DNA of 63,856 nucleotides, the filler included, from Vicugna vicugna (Eukaryota): the NCBI GenBank assembly GCA_013265495.1. It is 79 parts of 77 records of this genome, joined end to end, with 100 filler letters (N's around TTAATTAATTAA, not from the genome) between each part and the next. Parts side by side here need not be neighbours in the genome. Positions count along the whole stretch, not along the records: positions 60,980 to 61,590 come from MU063379.1; positions 61,691 to 62,255 come from PNXW01028994.1; positions 62,356 to 63,202 come from MU063380.1; positions 63,303 to 63,856 come from PNXW01028999.1; 75 more parts are not named here. One strand, given 5' to 3'. The number at the start of each line of letters is the position of its first letter. The first letter of the stretch is position 1. The notes under the pieces are model-generated. The model ran no database searches, was not told the origin of the DNA, and worked only from the letters and a program-made list of their open reading frames with translations. The translations under genes were made by a program, and so were the position numbers. Below, piece by piece: positions 60,980 to 63,856 of the stretch.

Positions 60980-61590
60980 ACGGAAAGCCTAAGCTCGTCT
61001 CCCCTGAGGATTTTCCAAATGTCCCTCTGCCAGGGAATGCTAGGGGGGTTTGTAGGATATCCCATGACAGAGGCTGCCTCCACAAGGTCAGGGAAGTTAT
61101 TTCCCGAACTCTCCCGAACAGGGAACACCTGTGAGAGAAGAGAGCTGCGTGGAGTTGTCTCTCGAGCTCCCCCACGCACTGACAATGGTTCCGGAATCCT
61201 GAGCGTGGCGAGGTTCCACCAACGGTCGGCAGCGNNNNNNNNNNNNNNNNNNNNNNNNNNNNNNNNNNNNNNNNNNNNNNNNNNNNNNNNNNNNNNNNNN
61301 NNNNNNNNNNNNNNNNNNNNNNNNNNNNNNNNNNNNNGGTCAGGGAACGTATTTCTCAGACTTGCCCGAACATGGAACACCTGTGACTGAAGAGAGCTGC
61401 GTGGAGTTGTCTCTCGAGCTCCCCCACGCACTGACAATGGTTCCGGAATCCTGAGCGTGGTGAGGTTCCTCCAACGGACGGCAGTACGTGGGTTTTAACG
61501 GAAAGCCTAAACTCGTCTCCCGTGAGGGTTTTCGTAATGTCTCTTTGCCAGGGAATGCTAGAGTGATTTGCAGGATATCCCAGTGACAGA
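60980..61590 (-). repeat. Satellite A
   Basis: A motifs, about 2.3 monomers. Confidence 0.94.
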
Positions 61591-62355
61591 NNNNNNNNNN
61601 NNNNNNNNNNNNNNNNNNNNNNNNNNNNNNNNNNTTAATTAATTAANNNNNNNNNNNNNNNNNNNNNNNNNNNNNNNNNNNNNNNNNNNNAGCCAAGGAA
61701 CTGTTAAGTATATGTATTTTCAAGTAATTCACATGACTTTTCTTTACATAAGGCTGTGTGGCTTCTGGCCAGTTATTGTTCATTCACGCCAATTTGGGCG
61801 TTGGAGCTAAATTTAAGTACTAATGATAAATATTTTGTGCAGTCCAATCTGACACCTCTGGTCTTTTCTGAATTACAAATTAGGTGCTCTGATTGGGGTG
61901 ACATTATGATGAGAAATTACAGCAGAGAGAAAAGTAGAACATGCTGAGGTCAGTATGGACGGTGCGTTTGGTAGCTGCTTTTGGTATCATTATTCTGACC
62001 AATTCTGGAACCTTTGCTTGGAAGAGTTGTTGAGTTAACTATATTTTATGAAATGTCATCTCTGTCTTTACATTTCTAGACATTTCTTTGGATCATTTTG
62101 CCATCAGCTGGGTTGTGTACCAGGCAGTTTTCCAGCCCCTTTGTCAGGCATGAGGGTTCTTTGTTAGAGGAGTGTGTGTTTGGGGAGGGTCATTATGACG
62201 CAAACTGAGAAACAGGAACATCTCCCGCTGTGTGAAACCTCCAGCCATCCCTCATNNNNNNNNNNNNNNNNNNNNNNNNNNNNNNNNNNNNNNNNNNNNT
62301 TAATTAATTAANNNNNNNNNNNNNNNNNNNNNNNNNNNNNNNNNNNNNNNNNNNN

Positions 62356-63202
62356 CACTAGTAAACAGAGTGAGAAACCAGAGTCAGTGTTTCTCCTGCA
62401 TACCTTTCCCTTGGTGCTGGATGAAGGAAAGTCTCTCCACATGGTCAGTTCTGAGAGAAAATTGTGTGTGAAAGCCGTCCTTCACCTAGCTTGAAGGGAA
62501 CACAAAGTTTCTTTTCAGTTGCCAAATCCACTCCATACATATATATGGGGAGGTACAAGCTCCAACTCGGTTTTACATTGANNNNNNNNNNNNNNNNNNN
62601 NNNNNNNNNNNNNNNNNNNNNNNNNNNNNNNNNNNNNNNNNNNNNNNNNNNNNNNNNNNNNNNNNNNNNNNNNNGTTTCTCCACATGCTCAGTTCTGAGA
62701 GAAAAGTGTGTGTGAAAGCCGTCCTTCACCTAGCTTGAAGGGAACACAAAGTTTCTTTTCAGTTGCCAACTCCACTCCATACATCTATATGGGGATGTAC
62801 AAACTTGAACTCGGTTTTACAGTGAAAACTGCAGGCACTTAAAAACGGTACTAGGAAACAGACAGAGAAACCAGAGTAAGTGTTTCACCTGCAACCCGTT
62901 TCCTTGTTGCTGGATGAACGAACGTCTCTCCACATGCTCAGTTCTGAGAAATAATTGTGTGTGAAAGCAGTACTTCACCTTGTTTGAAGGGAACACAAAG
63001 TTTCTTTTCATTTGCCAACTGCACTCCATACATATATATGAGGAGGTACAATCTCAAACTCGGATTTACAGTGAAAAATTCAGGCACTTCAAACAGGCAC
63101 TAGGAAACAGACTGAGAAAATTGAGTAATTGTTTCTCCTGAAAACCGTTCCCTTGGAGCTGTATGAACGAACGTCTCTCCACATACTCTGTTCTGAGAGG
63201 TA
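62356..63202 (+). repeat. Satellite D
   Basis: Reverse complement of 54414-55329 (GCCGTCCTTCACCTAGCTTGAAGGGAACACAAAG), about 3.4 monomers. Confidence 0.95.
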
Positions 63203-63302
63203 NNNNNNNNNNNNNNNNNNNNNNNNNNNNNNNNNNNNNNNNNNNNTTAATTAATTAANNNNNNNNNNNNNNNNNNNNNNNNNNNNNNNNNNNNNNNNNN
63301 NN

Positions 63303-63856
63303 AACCTGGTGATAGAAAAATCTATGAAGTTAGAGTAAATATTTCTACCTGTATATACGTCTAGTTTGGTGGATGAAAGGTTAGTAATCCACATGCTCAC
63401 AAGTCAGAACTGCATGATTGCCGAATCCGTCATGCATGTAGCATGTACGGAACCCGGAATGCCATGTTGATGGAATTCATGTAAATTACATACCTATTAG
63501 GTGGAAATAGGTTTAAATCGCTCCAGAAAAATTTTTCTGTGAAAAATGCATGAATTCGAACTTGGTGATAGGGAAAGCTTGTGAAAATGTGTACACGTGT
63601 CTAGATGAAAATAATCCTTTTATAGAGGATGAAAGATTAGTAATCTACATGCTCTCAACTCAAAATGCATGTTTGTCAAGTCCGTCATGTATGTAGCATG
63701 TACGGAACACGGAATATCCTGTAGATGGAATCTATTCAAATTACATATCTCTAGGGAAAAATTGGCTCCAAGAGGATTTTTTGGGGATCAAAGTGTGATT
63801 TTTGAAACTGCTGATAGGCAGAAACTACGAAGTCAAAATAAATATAGCAAAGTGCA
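63303..63856 (+). repeat. Satellite B
   Basis: Collinear with the B consensus; short insertion near 63508. Confidence 0.94.

Noticed and set aside
486..63258. TTAATTAATTAA 'repeat-spacer' pattern as a CRISPR-like or cassette array
   Set aside because: It is always flanked by fixed N runs and stops all frames. It is a man-made linker, there are no cas or integrase genes, and the context is mammalian.

Overview
This is not a contiguous locus. It is an artificial concatenation of about 79 short (0.2-1.9 kb) unplaced fragments of a mammalian draft genome, joined by about 78 identical 100-bp spacers (N44-TTAATTAATTAA-N44). Two tRNA-derived SINEs of the Vic-1 type point to a camelid (alpaca, llama or camel). 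About 44 fragments are satellite DNA in five families. A is GC/CpG-rich with a 267-bp monomer. C is a diverged ~266-bp relative of A with several monomer types. B is an AT-rich ~740-bp trimer of ~247-bp subunits. D has a ~247-bp monomer that aligns end to end with the B subunit. E is a heptamer-based (ATATTCT-like) satellite with higher-order units. The rest is interspersed repeats (L1, MER58, MLT1, MER41-like and ERV1 LTRs, MIR) and unique-looking sequence. Three damaged or diverged gene copies are recognisable: a frameshifted intronless RPS6KL1 retrocopy, a frameshifted TRAPPC9 exon with its splice donor, and two intron-separated, open but strongly diverged OTOF exons. No intact gene and no prokaryote-type system (CRISPR, operon) is supported. 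Nearly all ORF-track entries are artefacts of N runs or satellite. Gene and repeat identifications rest on recalled sequences and were not searched.
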